Assembly (NCBI GenBank): GCA_030141605.1
Contig: JAQGDQ010000018.1
Span: 434,001-498,000 of the forward strand
From: Tubiluchus corallicola
Lineage: Eukaryota; Animalia; Priapulida
Length of the DNA: 64,000 bases
Direction: 5' to 3'
Below the pieces are notes generated by a model that saw nothing but the letters and a program-made list of their open reading frames with translations, did no database searches and had not been told where the DNA came from. The position numbers and the translations under genes are program-made. This document shows positions 41,238 to 50,992 of the stretch, piece by piece (the first letter of the stretch is position 1; every line of letters starts with the position of its first letter).

Positions 41238-42953
41238 TATATATATCTATCCATCTATGTATACTATTATGATATATGTATACGCAAATTGAACTACATT
41301 TGCATAACTAAGTCTGTAAAAGCCTTCTGCGGTCACTCATAATTAAGGATGTGCTATTGAAAAGTCAACAAAATAAACATGCTGATAAACAAACACGAGT
41401 AACAACAGCGACGCATATTTAAACATCGTTCAAGACAGGGAAATGACAAATAAGGCTTCACAGATTACATACTGCAAAAACGAAGCCTTGCATGAAGCAT
41501 CCGCATCCCTCATAATAATCATACACGTGTAATCAGATAGATTTTGGATTGTTTGACGCTAAACCTTAGGCACAGTCGCCTGCTGTAGTTAGTTAATTAC
41601 TACTCATGGATAGCATTAGAGGCATTGAAAAGGCTAAGATCTTCGCAAGTCTAATTACAGTCGTGGATCAATGAGACTAGTGCGAAGGCGCAGGCTTTAC
41701 AGTCCTGAAAAGTACACAAACCTCGCGCGAAGTCTCGCGTTAGCAGTGGGTAATCACATTACAGGAAATACTCTGGAGGTTAATAAAGGCTAAGTGTTTC
41801 CTGGGGTTGATAGTAGCATGTCATTGTGATTATTATTCCAGCCGACTGTTAGGCGTTCACATCTGTGTTTTCTCAATGAAAAGTGTTTTGAAATTTTAAT
41901 AACAAATTTTGGTACAGATGCGTAGAATCCTCTCAAAATTCTCGAAATACAATGAACGTGGGTATAAAAAACAAAGGTCAAGGTCACACTGGATGTGACC
42001 TTTGGTAGAAGAAAACGTAGGTCTTATAATATATCAACTGAAAGCTCATATAAGAAGCAAACCGCACCATATTCTTGTATGTAGTTTAGTGCTTTGGGGG
42101 AGAGAATGGGGTAAGTGGCTCGTGTAGGGTGAAAATGTCCGGATAACTTAGTGTACTTCAAAAAGAAAACATCTATATTAACAACAATCTTCATAAACGT
42201 ATATAAAGTTCAAGTATAATAAGTTTGTAGCTTGTGACATAATCGAATAAGAATACAAACTGGATGAGGAAGGACCGACCTTGACTTAGAGGTCATGTCG
42301 TTTCACAACCTGAACAGTATAAGAAGTGGACAACAAAAGTTTTATGTGCCTATATTTAGGGAGAAAAGTGCTAATACCATGACAGCACAGTAAAAAGTTT
42401 AAACGTACATTCAATGAATTGTTCAGTTAACATATTTGTTTGTTAAACTATAACTGTCAAAAACAATTTTTTCAATCACACGGCAGATTATTCATCCAAC
42501 CACATACCAATACCAAGTTAGCAAATGAATACATACAAGTTTACTCAATTTTTCTGCAACCAAATGTTCAGTTATTTTATGAACCCACAATCAGCTCAGC
42601 TACGATGATTACACTCAATGTAGCTGAGCGAATACATGATCAATTGGCTATTAATTATACAACGAAATATGACAAAGCTTTTAGTAATAAAAATTATAGC
42701 TAAGCAGAACTGGTGTGTCGATACTACTTCTACTATGTATACAGCTACTAAAGCAACTTACCACAATTTTCTTCATCTGTACCATCCAAGCAGTCTGGAT
42801 CTCCATCACAGACCCACACAGGAGGTATACATTGATGTAAATGTTTACACTGAAACCTATCTGATAAACATCGCTCTTCTTCACCTAAGGTATGAGTGTC
42901 TAATGACAACTCTGAGTCACGATTGTAAAAACTAGACTGCGCTATAGATTTGC
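314..42953 (-). CDS. LRP1: LRP1-like giant LDL receptor-related protein, N-terminal ~2200 aa (43 exons; continues beyond left edge; first coding exon not found)
   Basis: All 43 exons have GT-AG boundaries and compatible phases. Domain order LDLa x3-EGF x2-YWTD-EGF-YWTD-EGF-LDLa x8-EGF x2-YWTD-EGF-YWTD-EGF-YWTD matches LRP1/LRP1B rather than LRP2. Motifs I recognise from LRP1: [44 protein letters not shown]...DFHAE. Confidence 0.93.
1617..1771 (-). CDS. LRP1: LRP1-like exon: propeller 5
   Basis: [17 protein letters not shown]...[12 protein letters not shown]. Confidence 0.92.
1864..1999 (-). CDS. LRP1: LRP1-like exon: propeller 5
   Basis: [21 protein letters not shown]...ITVDYE. Confidence 0.9.
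2440..2566 (-). CDS. LRP1: LRP1-like exon: propeller 5
   Basis: [25 protein letters not shown]...[11 protein letters not shown]. Confidence 0.92.
2719..2853 (-). CDS. LRP1: LRP1-like exon: propeller 5
   Basis: [24 protein letters not shown]...GIAVDWIAG. Confidence 0.92.
4685..5411. mobile_element. pogo/Tigger-like (Tc1-mariner) non-autonomous element
   Basis: TIRs CAGTAAGTCCTCGTTTAAC / GTTAATCGAGGATTTACTG (17/19 match); TA present on the left flank only. Confidence 0.65.
6128..6262 (-). CDS. LRP1: LRP1-like exon: start of propeller 5
   Basis: [22 protein letters not shown]...ALAPISG...IDFHA. Confidence 0.92.
8336..8458 (-). CDS. LRP1: LRP1-like exon: EGF
   Basis: [38 protein letters not shown]. 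Confidence 0.92.
8823..8953 (-). CDS. LRP1: LRP1-like exon: end of propeller 4
   Basis: LLFSNRWNG...[15 protein letters not shown]; AAG acceptor; phases 2-1 fit both neighbours. Confidence 0.82.
9163..9316 (-). CDS. LRP1: LRP1-like exon: propeller 4
   Basis: [27 protein letters not shown]...PFALTMY. Confidence 0.9.
9709..9827 (-). CDS. LRP1: LRP1-like exon: propeller 4
   Basis: [23 protein letters not shown]. Confidence 0.92.
10038..10215 (-). CDS. LRP1: LRP1-like exon: propeller 4
   Basis: [18 protein letters not shown]...[12 protein letters not shown]. Confidence 0.92.
10558..10779 (-). CDS. LRP1: LRP1-like exon: start of propeller 4
   Basis: [14 protein letters not shown]...[20 protein letters not shown]. 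Confidence 0.93.
10768..11133. repeat. 183-bp tandem duplication spanning an LRP1 3' splice site
   Basis: Copies 10768-10950 and 10951-11133; I see only two substitutions between them. Confidence 0.93.
11410..11535 (-). CDS. LRP1: LRP1-like exon: EGF
   Basis: [40 protein letters not shown]. Confidence 0.92.
11890..13565 (+). mobile_element. 5'-truncated, decayed CR1/L2-clade LINE (RT ORF2 relic)
   Basis: [51 protein letters not shown]-like, GPRLWNNI motifs interrupted by stops and frameshifts; (AAAT)n 3' tail at about 13536-13565; left boundary approximate. Confidence 0.9.
13577..13673 (-). CDS. LRP1: LRP1-like exon: end of propeller 3
   Basis: [31 protein letters not shown]. Confidence 0.93.
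14276..14423 (-). CDS. LRP1: LRP1-like exon: propeller 3
   Basis: [13 protein letters not shown]...[21 protein letters not shown]. Confidence 0.93.
15189..15359 (-). CDS. LRP1: LRP1-like exon: propeller 3
   Basis: [24 protein letters not shown]...[10 protein letters not shown]...IYWIDAR. Confidence 0.93.
15795..15999 (-). CDS. LRP1: LRP1-like exon: propeller 3
   Basis: [17 protein letters not shown]...RTTLIAG...[11 protein letters not shown]. Confidence 0.94.
16176..16373 (-). CDS. LRP1: LRP1-like exon: start of propeller 3
   Basis: [13 protein letters not shown]...[10 protein letters not shown]...[15 protein letters not shown]. Confidence 0.94.
16496..16621 (-). CDS. LRP1: LRP1-like exon: EGF
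   Basis: [39 protein letters not shown]. Confidence 0.9.
16815..16931 (-). CDS. LRP1: LRP1-like exon: EGF
   Basis: [37 protein letters not shown]. Confidence 0.9.
16998..17131. repeat. Imperfect (CAT/TCA)n trinucleotide microsatellite
   Basis: Degenerate tcatcatcaccatcacg... run filling a short intron. Confidence 0.7.
17160..17297 (-). CDS. LRP1: LRP1-like exon: LDLa II-8
   Basis: [41 protein letters not shown]. Confidence 0.88.
18160..18288 (-). CDS. LRP1: LRP1-like exon: LDLa II-7
   Basis: [38 protein letters not shown]. Confidence 0.9.
18633..18755 (-). CDS. LRP1: LRP1-like exon: LDLa II-6
   Basis: [36 protein letters not shown]. Confidence 0.9.
21279..21536 (-). CDS. LRP1: LRP1-like exon: LDLa II-4 and II-5
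   Basis: [32 protein letters not shown]...[24 protein letters not shown]. Confidence 0.92.
22256..22390 (-). CDS. LRP1: LRP1-like exon: LDLa II-3
   Basis: [41 protein letters not shown]. Confidence 0.9.
22903..23019 (-). CDS. LRP1: LRP1-like exon: LDLa II-2
   Basis: [37 protein letters not shown]. Confidence 0.9.
23134..23295 (-). CDS. LRP1: LRP1-like exon: LDLa II-1
   Basis: [45 protein letters not shown]; donor gtgcgc. Confidence 0.85.
23471..23593 (-). CDS. LRP1: LRP1-like exon: EGF
   Basis: [39 protein letters not shown]. Confidence 0.92.
23687..23993 (-). CDS. LRP1: LRP1-like exon: end of propeller 2
   Basis: WPNGLVID...LYWCDA...HPYGLA...[10 protein letters not shown]...LFELRMYD. 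Confidence 0.93.
24158..24263 (-). CDS. LRP1: LRP1-like exon: propeller 2
   Basis: [30 protein letters not shown]; phase 2-0. Confidence 0.9.
24590..24782 (-). CDS. LRP1: LRP1-like exon: propeller 2
   Basis: [18 protein letters not shown]...[12 protein letters not shown]. Confidence 0.93.
25027..25263 (-). CDS. LRP1: LRP1-like exon: start of propeller 2
   Basis: [15 protein letters not shown]...[16 protein letters not shown]. Confidence 0.93.
26408..26548 (-). CDS. LRP1: LRP1-like exon: EGF
   Basis: [15 protein letters not shown]...[17 protein letters not shown]. Confidence 0.9.
27098..27180 (-). pseudogene. Degenerate 5S rRNA-derived fragment (pseudogene or SINE3-like)
   Basis: Minus strand reads AAGTTAAGCAgtgccgaaccctaGTTAGTA...GGAAaaGTGCTtttgaGCATTTTT, resembling 5S box A, the intermediate element and the 3' end with oligo-T. 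Confidence 0.35.
27483..27654 (-). CDS. LRP1: LRP1-like exon: end of propeller 1
   Basis: [12 protein letters not shown]...RFNKFTG...[10 protein letters not shown]; phase 0-1. Confidence 0.9.
28255..28364 (-). CDS. LRP1: LRP1-like exon: propeller 1
   Basis: [29 protein letters not shown]; phase 1-0. Confidence 0.9.
28588..28700 (-). CDS. LRP1: LRP1-like exon: propeller 1
   Basis: [24 protein letters not shown]; phase 2-1. Confidence 0.9.
29618..29880 (-). CDS. LRP1: LRP1-like exon: propeller 1
   Basis: [14 protein letters not shown]...[12 protein letters not shown]; phase 0-2. Confidence 0.92.
30283..30449 (-). CDS. LRP1: LRP1-like exon: start of propeller 1
   Basis: [17 protein letters not shown]...[12 protein letters not shown]; phase 1-0. 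Confidence 0.88.
31088..31352. repeat. 84-bp minisatellite, left part
   Basis: GCAATCATC unit starts at 31091, 31175, 31259, 31314 (one unit shortened to 55 bp). Confidence 0.9.
31353..34095. mobile_element. Non-autonomous DNA transposon with TTAA TSD (Kolobok- or Sola3-like), 2743 bp
   Basis: 26-bp TIRs GAACGCGTCCGCGAGAAGACCATGCA vs GAACGAGTCCGCGAGAGCACCATGCA (3 mismatches); TTAA at 31349-31352 and 34096-34099; interrupts one minisatellite unit exactly. Confidence 0.85.
32348..32625. mobile_element. hAT-like MITE nested in the TTAA element
   Basis: Termini CATAGGCGTA / TACGCTTATA (8/10 inverted match); 8-bp flanking repeats TTGTCTTA and TTGTCTCA. Confidence 0.65.
34096..34391. repeat. 84-bp minisatellite, right part
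   Basis: Unit starts at 34145, 34229, 34313; continues the unit broken at 31352. Confidence 0.9.
34428..34556 (-). CDS. LRP1: LRP1-like exon: calcium-binding EGF
   Basis: [39 protein letters not shown]. Confidence 0.9.
35297..35422 (-). CDS. LRP1: LRP1-like exon: EGF repeat
   Basis: [35 protein letters not shown]. Confidence 0.9.
35625..35714. repeat. 45-bp tandem duplication spanning an exon end and 5' splice site
   Basis: CATCACCATCATTCCTGACATAAGA...ACAGAATTCAT repeated with 45-bp period. Confidence 0.8.
35700..35831 (-). CDS. LRP1: LRP1-like exon: LDLa I-3
   Basis: [38 protein letters not shown]; gtaagt donor. Confidence 0.9.
37038..37160 (-). CDS. LRP1: LRP1-like exon: LDLa I-2
   Basis: [40 protein letters not shown]; last Cys codon split T|GC across the intron. 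Confidence 0.9.
37368..38697. repeat. 49-bp tandem satellite, about 27 copies
   Basis: Consensus GTACAAGTGGTTAAGCGTACAATTTGTAACAGCCATTTTCCATTTTGTC; head-to-tail with no unique spacers. Confidence 0.95.
41195..41260. repeat. (CA)n(TA)n microsatellite
   Basis: cacacacatatatatata... run. Confidence 0.85.
42762..42953 (-). CDS. LRP1: LRP1-like exon: N-terminal linker + LDLa I-1
   Basis: [36 protein letters not shown]; cag acceptor, gtaagt donor; phase 1-1. Confidence 0.9.
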
Positions 42954-45900
42954 CTGAAAAAATAAAAATATGCATAATAATTAATAACAATTAGGCTTTG
43001 TATACCAACATTAAAAGCAATATCAGCTATGTTTTCTCTATAAACTGCAAGATTTGCAATTTAACAAAAATAATCAGACAAAACTAGTGGTCAAACATCA
43101 GCCCTTTATGTTAACAATTTATCAGAATGCACAAAATCACTTTCACACCTTGAAATTGTTCTTCAGCTTATAGTCCTTTTTAAGGTGTTAGCCTACACTT
43201 AAGATAGAAAAACAACGCTTCCTTAAAACAAAATTAAAAATTCCAGCGAAAGTAACTGTAGTGGTCAACATGAAGTACAAAAAGAATGAGAACTGATTTT
43301 TGCGCTGATTGTTTATTTTCTGTTCTAATCAGTCGCTTTTTTGAAAATCAGTTTTCTAGCCTAAGATGCAACTTACCACAACCATTTTTATTAAGCAATC
43401 TTAACTTTATAAAAACTGCTGCAAAACCAGAGAATATTGCTCTTACTAAAGTAAGATTAATAGTCTCGCTTAAGGGTTACATCTCCTGTAGTTAATGAAT
43501 ATGCAGCTTGACCTCCTTCCCATCCTTCGTCCAAGTCCATACAACTGATTCCCAATGCTGGAGTTGTAAGCCAAACTGGTTTGCTACATTTAAGAAATTC
43601 TAAGAACTGACAGTCTTTTCCATAATGTCATTACGTAACAATCTTCAGAAGGCGTAAATCTATGTAGTTTAGCTGCCTTCACTAATCATGTCTTAACCCT
43701 CTCGTGCAATGCAAGTTCCAAGGACCTGAAATCCGCCAGCCATATCAGCTTCAAACATACAGAAGTAGGCGAGGCTGCCAGCTAATGTATGGTAATCGAG
43801 TTAGACGTCCACTAAGGCCACGCATATATTATTAGACGTAATTAATTTATCACAAAAAGACCCTAATTTAGCCATAAGTTTATATACAGCGCTCAACACT
43901 TCAGTCTCCCCTACACATTAAGTTATATTCTTGTGTGAGTGCGGTCATGATCTGGCACTTCTGTATACTGTTAATTCTTATTTGACATATTGATTAGTGA
44001 GCAATTAAGATTATATTAAAACCTGCCATGACTTATAAGAAGCTGTGTGGTCTAATGGTCATGGTTGTATCTAATTGAATTATCCATTGGTTCCTTATTT
44101 AAATCCAGGCACAGTCCTGAGTCCTGAATTTCTAGTTTCAGAAATTCAATAAGTGAGGTTCATTTAAATCTTAACTAGGGGTGAGCACCGAACGCTGGAA
44201 TTGAATTCGATTTCAACGAGTTTTTTTATTCAAGTTCGAGTCGAATACCAAATTATGAATTCGAGTAATTCAATGCTGCTATTTCGTTCTTGAAATAATA
44301 TGCAGACGAAACAATTTACCATCGACTTTTGCCAACTGTTTCTTACAAAATTATTACTAATTTTTACCGTAGAACAAAAGCAACGTGCGATCTTTGAGTT
44401 ACCGTACATAAAAATTTGACAAGAAGTAGTGAAATGGAAATTATCTGTAAGATTTAGCAATTATAAGAGCTTTTTGTATGATGGTGTAATGGTTTATGCA
44501 ATGCAGATGTTTTTACACAACTCTAGGTTCAATGTAAACTCATTTAGGAGCTTATATAAACATGCCGCGGTTGCTTGCTCCAAAATGCTGAAACTTTTAG
44601 ATGTAAGTTATGGCACTTTAACCGTACTTGTGGCTGAAGCCAAAAGCAGGTAGCTAAATATAAACACCAAAGTCAGGGAATCATGTCAAGTGACTGTATT
44701 ACTGTAAAAAGATGTTGGCATATAAGCGTGTAGTTAGGTACGGGTTGTAACTGGTAATGCAGCTGAAAGTTATACATAGTAAACTGCAAAGAAAAAGAAA
44801 ATGCTCTCTACTAACAGGTTATCATAATACTGCCAGAACCTTGCCTTCTGTAAACGTGATGCAGCGCTTACATAACCAAGCATCACCGGCATGTTCATGT
44901 CAATCTAAATTAAATACTTATTAAGTTCGTGAATCAATAAAAGAGCGTCAATTTATTCAACAACATACATTACAGGTATCCTCTCCTCTACGTTTCTTCA
45001 GTCTCTCTTGAGTTGAACTTGAGTTTTGTCACAAGTGACTTGGGTTTCCGCCCTATTTTTGTATGGGATGTGACTGATATGTTATTAAAAACGGTTTAAT
45101 GGCTTGAGACATTAATGGGTAAAAGACAAGTGAAGTGGATAGAGCGTAAAAAATTAACAGTCTTAAAATAACATAGTTTTATAAACGTGTAAGTTGACAA
45201 CTCGGTGTTTTTGACGAACCAAACTGTGAACCAAGGAAAGACAATTAGTGCTTAGTAAAGACCTCAGTGTTTCATACAAAGGCAAAGTTTAGCAGATTGA
45301 TCATGTTTTTAGTGACAGAAGTTAGGATGTCACTGATGCTGCAGCTTGATATTTACTTCGGGTGATATCAAGTGATATTGGTTCGGGCTGGTTATCCCGT
45401 GGAGGTAGAATGCATTCTAATCAAAAAGATGCCTTTGCTGACTCAGTTAAGCGTCTATGATGAGCAGCTAGGTTCCATTCTCTTCGCAAACATAACATTG
45501 AGTAGATCGCGCCGACCGTCCGATGCTGGATTTCAGTTTGCAGTGTATTCAGTTGCATAAAGAAGTTCGAGTCGAACTATTTATTGGTCGTAGGTTAGAA
45601 ATGACGCCAATTTAAGAGCGAAAATCCTACTCTGCTATAGAATTCGTTCTAGTATATTCCTGCGGAGTTTCATGACGATCCATTACAAAAAGCGTTGGGC
45701 TTTCTTCTAGAATAATGTTATTGTTGCCATCTTGAATTTCAGACAGTAGATCAAAAATCCGACTCCATCAATCGATGGAAAATTCTGTAAACTAAATCAT
45801 GATTCATTGCAAACTGGCAGAGCTTAGATTTCTTCCGAAAATGGTGTCATTGCACCCACTTTGAATTCAAAATGGCGGGGGAAAACTCGACTCTGTCAGT

Positions 45901-47559
45901 CGATGCAAAACATTTTTATAAAGTTACAGGATGATCCCTTCGAATTCATCAACCCTTACGCTTTTTTTCAAAAAGATCATGCCCCAACAACAAGGACAAC
46001 ATCCAGAAAAGTAGTGATTTGGTCGAGCCTCGACCAAAAATACTTTTACAAAACGCAAATGTCTACTAAATCATTACTTCTTGCAGTCATTGCCAGATGC
46101 ATGTGCCACAGGGAAAATAGCCTTTCATTCTCACCCATCAATATGGGCACAAGCACGTTTGACTTAATAGCTTTATCAGCCATAAAATGTTTTACGTAAC
46201 TTTTACAACTTAAATTAAGCATCAGCGACAACATAAATAAGCTTGAGCACAGAAATCTTATTCTGGCTACAGATAAGCGTTATCATTCTAGCACATTTTG
46301 TAAATCATAGTATAAACAAAGATCAAGTGTTAGTACTTTGCTATGCCATATGGAGGATCGCGGTATTCCGACTATTTTCTGGGAACATATGATTAATTTA
46401 CCCAGACAGAATAAATTTAGAATTGAAAGTAGCTTACGCCCTTTGATAAAACTTGAAGAGCTGTTTTACACAATACACTGCGTAAAACATCCATTAATGT
46501 GTCTTAGCGAAGAAATAATGAAGCACCAATAAGACGCAACAAAACAAAACCTGTTTATAAATACATTTGATGAAGATTTCTGCACGAATGCTAGTGCCAT
46601 TTTCGAGTTTCTTCGAATGTCAATGGACACTCGTTGACACAGGTTCAATGTCGACCGACATCTCTCCCTAAATTAGATTAATTACAATCAAAGTATATTC
46701 ATGAAAATGCTTCCCTTCATAAAGGTCATGTGAACAGAATCAGCTACGTAATTACTTTTGCTAGAGACGGACAGCGATTAGTGATAATTGCTACTAAGGA
46801 GGAATAAATCACTACTTAGGATACAAAGTCAATTAGTTAAGAAGGAAGCTGCTTGCGACAAGAATAATCTATTGGCAAGTTTCCAGCATTTCAACAAAAG
46901 TAGGGGCTAATTCTTAAAACTAATTGCACAAACAAAAAATATTGAAAAGCATTTCTTTCGAACTAGTCTGAAATGCAAAGCATTAAGTTACGCGCTTATC
47001 GAGTTTTTTCTGCCCAACTGCTTTAAAGGCGCATCGTTTATCGTTTCTATGGTTCCATTTCGTGAATATGTTATTTAGAACGCTATCTAGCTTTGTCATA
47101 GCACCGCTTTATCGTCAAAAATTATACTAATCGTGGTATCTAAAACGATTTGTCTGTTGCACTAACGCAAGAAGATATAAAATTTTAGTAAACGTTTAAT
47201 AAGAATCGAAATATCTGAGAATTGTTAATGCAACAAGATAACAACAAAATAAGTAACTTTACAGGAAGCAATTTATATGACAAAATAGTTAAGTACGCTG
47301 AATTCAGGCACGATCATTCTGCATTTTGTCTTGTCTCGTCGACTGAGCAAAATAACGTGTACTCATTTTGAAAAGTTAACCGTCTTGCAGAAGAAGAGAC
47401 CAAGTCGTATTGGTCTAACTTATCTGCGTCATAAGTGACAGGAAATGTCTTCAAAGGAAATCAATCAGCAGTTACAGAGCATGTGCAAAAGAATAAGATA
47501 GCGTATTTCTAAAGCACATTTATTTTAATTGACATTTTATCACGCACATTTTGTCATCA

Positions 47560-47780
47560 ATAACAAGTTTTTCGTAACGCAATTGTTGCCCACGCGCAAG
47601 CCATGTACTCGACCTTTCTAGTGAATTCCGTTTCGACAACTGTATTTAATCGTTCTATCTGAAAAGTCGGGCGCGCCATTTCCGCAGTTTCGTCTAAAAA
47701 AACAAAATTGTGTGAAATTTCAAGACTGCAGTCTGCAACACGCGGGCATCTGACTGGCACTAAATCAACGCTGCGGGATG
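47560..47780 (-). promoter_or_regulatory. Candidate promoter / 5' non-coding exon of the LRP1-like gene
   Basis: Local CpG enrichment, YY1-like AAATGGCG and a possible AAG|GTCGAG donor on the minus strand; not demonstrated. Confidence 0.3.
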
Positions 47781-48639
47781 TGTTATTTTCTTCTTGAACA
47801 GGTGCCTTGTAATTGCAAAAAGTCCTACAAAAATATCAACAGGGACACAACTAAAATGTAGAATGTAGCCTGTATCATATTACAATGTTCGCCAGCATAA
47901 CGAAGTATACCCAGTAATGACTACCCAAGACTCATGCGTTGTACACTTATTGTTGTACAACACAGCTGTTTAAAGCAGGCACAGCACATATGAATATGAT
48001 GTACAGTACACGTACACATACAACATTGATTCTTCCAGGTACAGTTACTGTAGGCAACAGCCTGTTCCACATAATAAAACTGCTGGATATGTATTGTGCA
48101 CTGTAGGTACAGCAAGAAATCACACACCATTCCCCAAAGAATAGGTTTTGTTAATGGTTAGATTAAGAACAAAGGTCGGCATTCCTTTCGTCCATTGACA
48201 TTGTAAAGCCTACCTAAATGTCATTTGTGTGATTACAAGTTCAAGGACGTTGTTTACTTTAACAGCAATGGCACCAAAGTCTAATAAATGTAATAATATG
48301 CATAAGATTGTAATATGGAATTCCAGGAACATTTGTAGGCATTTCCAACTTTCATGTTTTCAAAATGGCCATGTTCTGATGAGTCAATTAGCGTTTAACA
48401 CTTAATCTGAAGGTGTAATAAATTGCACTAATTTACACTGTGTAAATTACACTAGGCAGTGCATTAGCAGCAGCAATTAATATGCCACCAGCTGAAGTTT
48501 AGAATGTACATGTGTTACAGATGCAGAGAGAATTCACATACAGATTTACTACTTAGGTTTTAATTGACATTTGCACAGGCCAGGTACTGTGCATAATCTA
48601 GAAAGAAAACTCTTTTGGAGTGAACAGAAAGGAATTAAA

Positions 48640-49345
48640 GGCAAACTTATTTCCCTCATCATAATTCAAAATACACATTCTTAAATTTAGCATCACCTAG
48701 ATTATTTTGTGCTCCCTTTCTCAATGCTGCCAAAAGCGCTATGGTGTCTGAGTTGTTCAAAGCCAGTTCACGAAAATACTTCGACAGAAACAGATTCAGG
48801 AATATCAAGCTCTAATGTAATATTAATATAACGATAATCAAGAATTGTTGACAAATTGTATTATAAGAACAGCGTAACCAAAACAAGTTATTCCACGTAT
48901 ATGAGACTGAACCATGAAATGGTTCAGCATTCATTCTCCAAGTTGCCAGATTAACCAAGAATTAAATTCAGTATGCTAACGCTTTCTTCCCATCGTATGA
49001 AAGTCAAAACGGGAAGGTGGACAAAACCACAAGTCTCTCATAATCAAAGTGTATGTACATGTGATGGAAGTAGCGCACAGGATGAGGAACATGCAATCAT
49101 GACATGTAGACTGAAGGACCATATGAATAAATGTAATATTAGGCTAAGTAGCTGATACGAATTTTTAAATCTTGATGGTGAATTGTGTACTAAATTTACT
49201 AGTGATGTTTTGCAATTGTTCAGTTATTAGTCATTATTATCTATCTGTTCTACAGTATCGTGAAATTTATTGTTGAAATGCATTTAAATGGTCACAAATA
49301 TCATACATTGTTATGACAATAAACTGTAACTAACCAGCTAACTAA
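48640..49345 (+). mobile_element. 3' fragment of an L2/CR1-group LINE (ORF2 C-terminal Zn-knuckle)
   Basis: LSSHRMKVKTGRW...CTC...QDEEHAIMTC, followed by AATAAA and an (AACT)n-like tail; left boundary approximate. Confidence 0.75.
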
Positions 49346-50268
49346 TGCACTTTTACATAAACATATAATTTTATTGTTTCCTTCATATTTTTAAGATTTT
49401 TTGAAAATAAGTTCTCATGTTGTTTTGCCTTTAGAAACGACAAATGCTATTGAGTGATGGAATTATCATTGATAAATCTCATATGATACACTGTCAAAAA
49501 ATTTGCAATGTCACTGATGGCTGCAGGTGGCAATCTAATTTTTGAATCCCTGTCACTAAATACTTTGGTGCCCTCCCTTACATGCCAAATATACATTGTG
49601 ATATCTACTTCAGTAGAAGATACAAGTCACAGTAACTTTCTTAATTTTGACCTAATAGACTGTTAAAATGATAATGCCAAACAACAAAACGACAGTTGGT
49701 ATTTCCTTAATCGGTAAACATGGTATTTTAATAACATGACTTTTATTTATGAACACTAAATTACGTTTTGTGCAACATTGAAAAAATAGGTAAAGACAGC
49801 CCAGAATTTTCACTAATTTTCTATTGCTAAGAACGACATTGTATATATGTACAAAGTACCTGAAGTATGTGAAAGTTTGTTAGGAAATTTCATAATGAAA
49901 ATGGCAATGGAACGAATAATATTTAAAATGAAAATATTTTTGCATTATTCCTACAATTAGTTTTTCTTTATTAAGATATTTTTGCCTTTTTTTCACTAAA
50001 TGCATAAAGAAGCAGTAATGAGCAGTCAACAAATATTACCATAAAACTTTTACCAATGTGGTGATAATCATTCTTTGGTTAATAAAAAGCATTCAAACAT
50101 ACAACCTGGAAATATCATTTTTAAATGATTTGTTGTCTTATGTAAGACGAGAACTGTTGGAAAATTTTTTGCCAGTATTCAAGTTTTCGCATTTCACTGT
50201 TCGGTGCATACCAAGTTTGCACTTTTTACGGTTTTGAGTTTTTTTACCACTTTTTACACAATGTCTAA

Positions 50269-50438
50269 CGGCACATTCAGACTAGCCAGTTTTTTCTCTG
50301 ACAGCAAACTCGAAGTGTGAACTGCTTTGCAAGTTACCTTTGGTAAGACATTGCAACCTGTCTGATACCAATTGAACACACTTGCGAGTTACTTGGCAAG
50401 TTAACTTCGTAAGAAAGCTTGCTAGTCTGAACATGCCC
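50269..50438. mobile_element. PIF/Harbinger (Tourist-like) MITE, 170 bp
   Basis: TIRs CGGCACATTCAGACTAGC / GCTAGTCTGAACATGCCC; flanks TAA and TAC. Confidence 0.65.
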
Positions 50439-50899
50439 TACGTCTATATTTAATGTTTTTATTAAACAATTCTGGTGGATTTCATCATGTCTTACGTTCT
50501 TATTGTTTAGTGTTCTATGAGAATGCTGCCAAAAGCAGCACTAACACTACATAATTTAGTTCATTAATTTTCGTAAAATGCGCATAGCCTACTACCAAGG
50601 CTGCTTTAAACAGTACAAATCACAGCCTAACAATCAGCAAGTATTAAACAGCAAGCTTCTGTGTTAACCGCAGCCTCCGCTCTGCACAAGTCAATAATGA
50701 CAATATGAAATTAGTATTACGAACAAAAGGGAAAGATTACCGTGTGTTTGTAACAGTAAAATATAGATAAGTATTCCAATTTTACAAGCACTAATCACGT
50801 ATGATTCTTCTTTCATGATCACAGTAATAGTTCCAATAATTATTAAACCATAATTCCAAAATGTAATGTTTACAAACACTTGCTGTGACTTTCAACAAC

Positions 50900-50992
50900 A
50901 TGCGTCGCATTAATGGCGCGACCACGAAACATAGCGCACATGCGCAGTCAAGACTGGCGTAGCTGGCGCCAGCGTACAGTCGAGTATAACGT
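50900..50992. promoter_or_regulatory. CpG-dense patch with NRF1-like GCGCACATGCGC motif
   Basis: Short CpG-rich island between the two divergent genes. Confidence 0.3.

Noticed and set aside
314-42953. Assignment as LRP2/megalin, vitellogenin receptor or LRP4/5/6
   Set aside because: A short cluster I, two propellers, an 8-repeat cluster II and then consecutive propellers, plus LRP1-type motifs, fit LRP1; LRP2 starts with 7 LDLa repeats and a single propeller
44041-44117. tRNA gene
   Set aside because: Only an A-box-like TGGTCTAATGG; B-box and cloverleaf are degenerate, so at most an old SINE head
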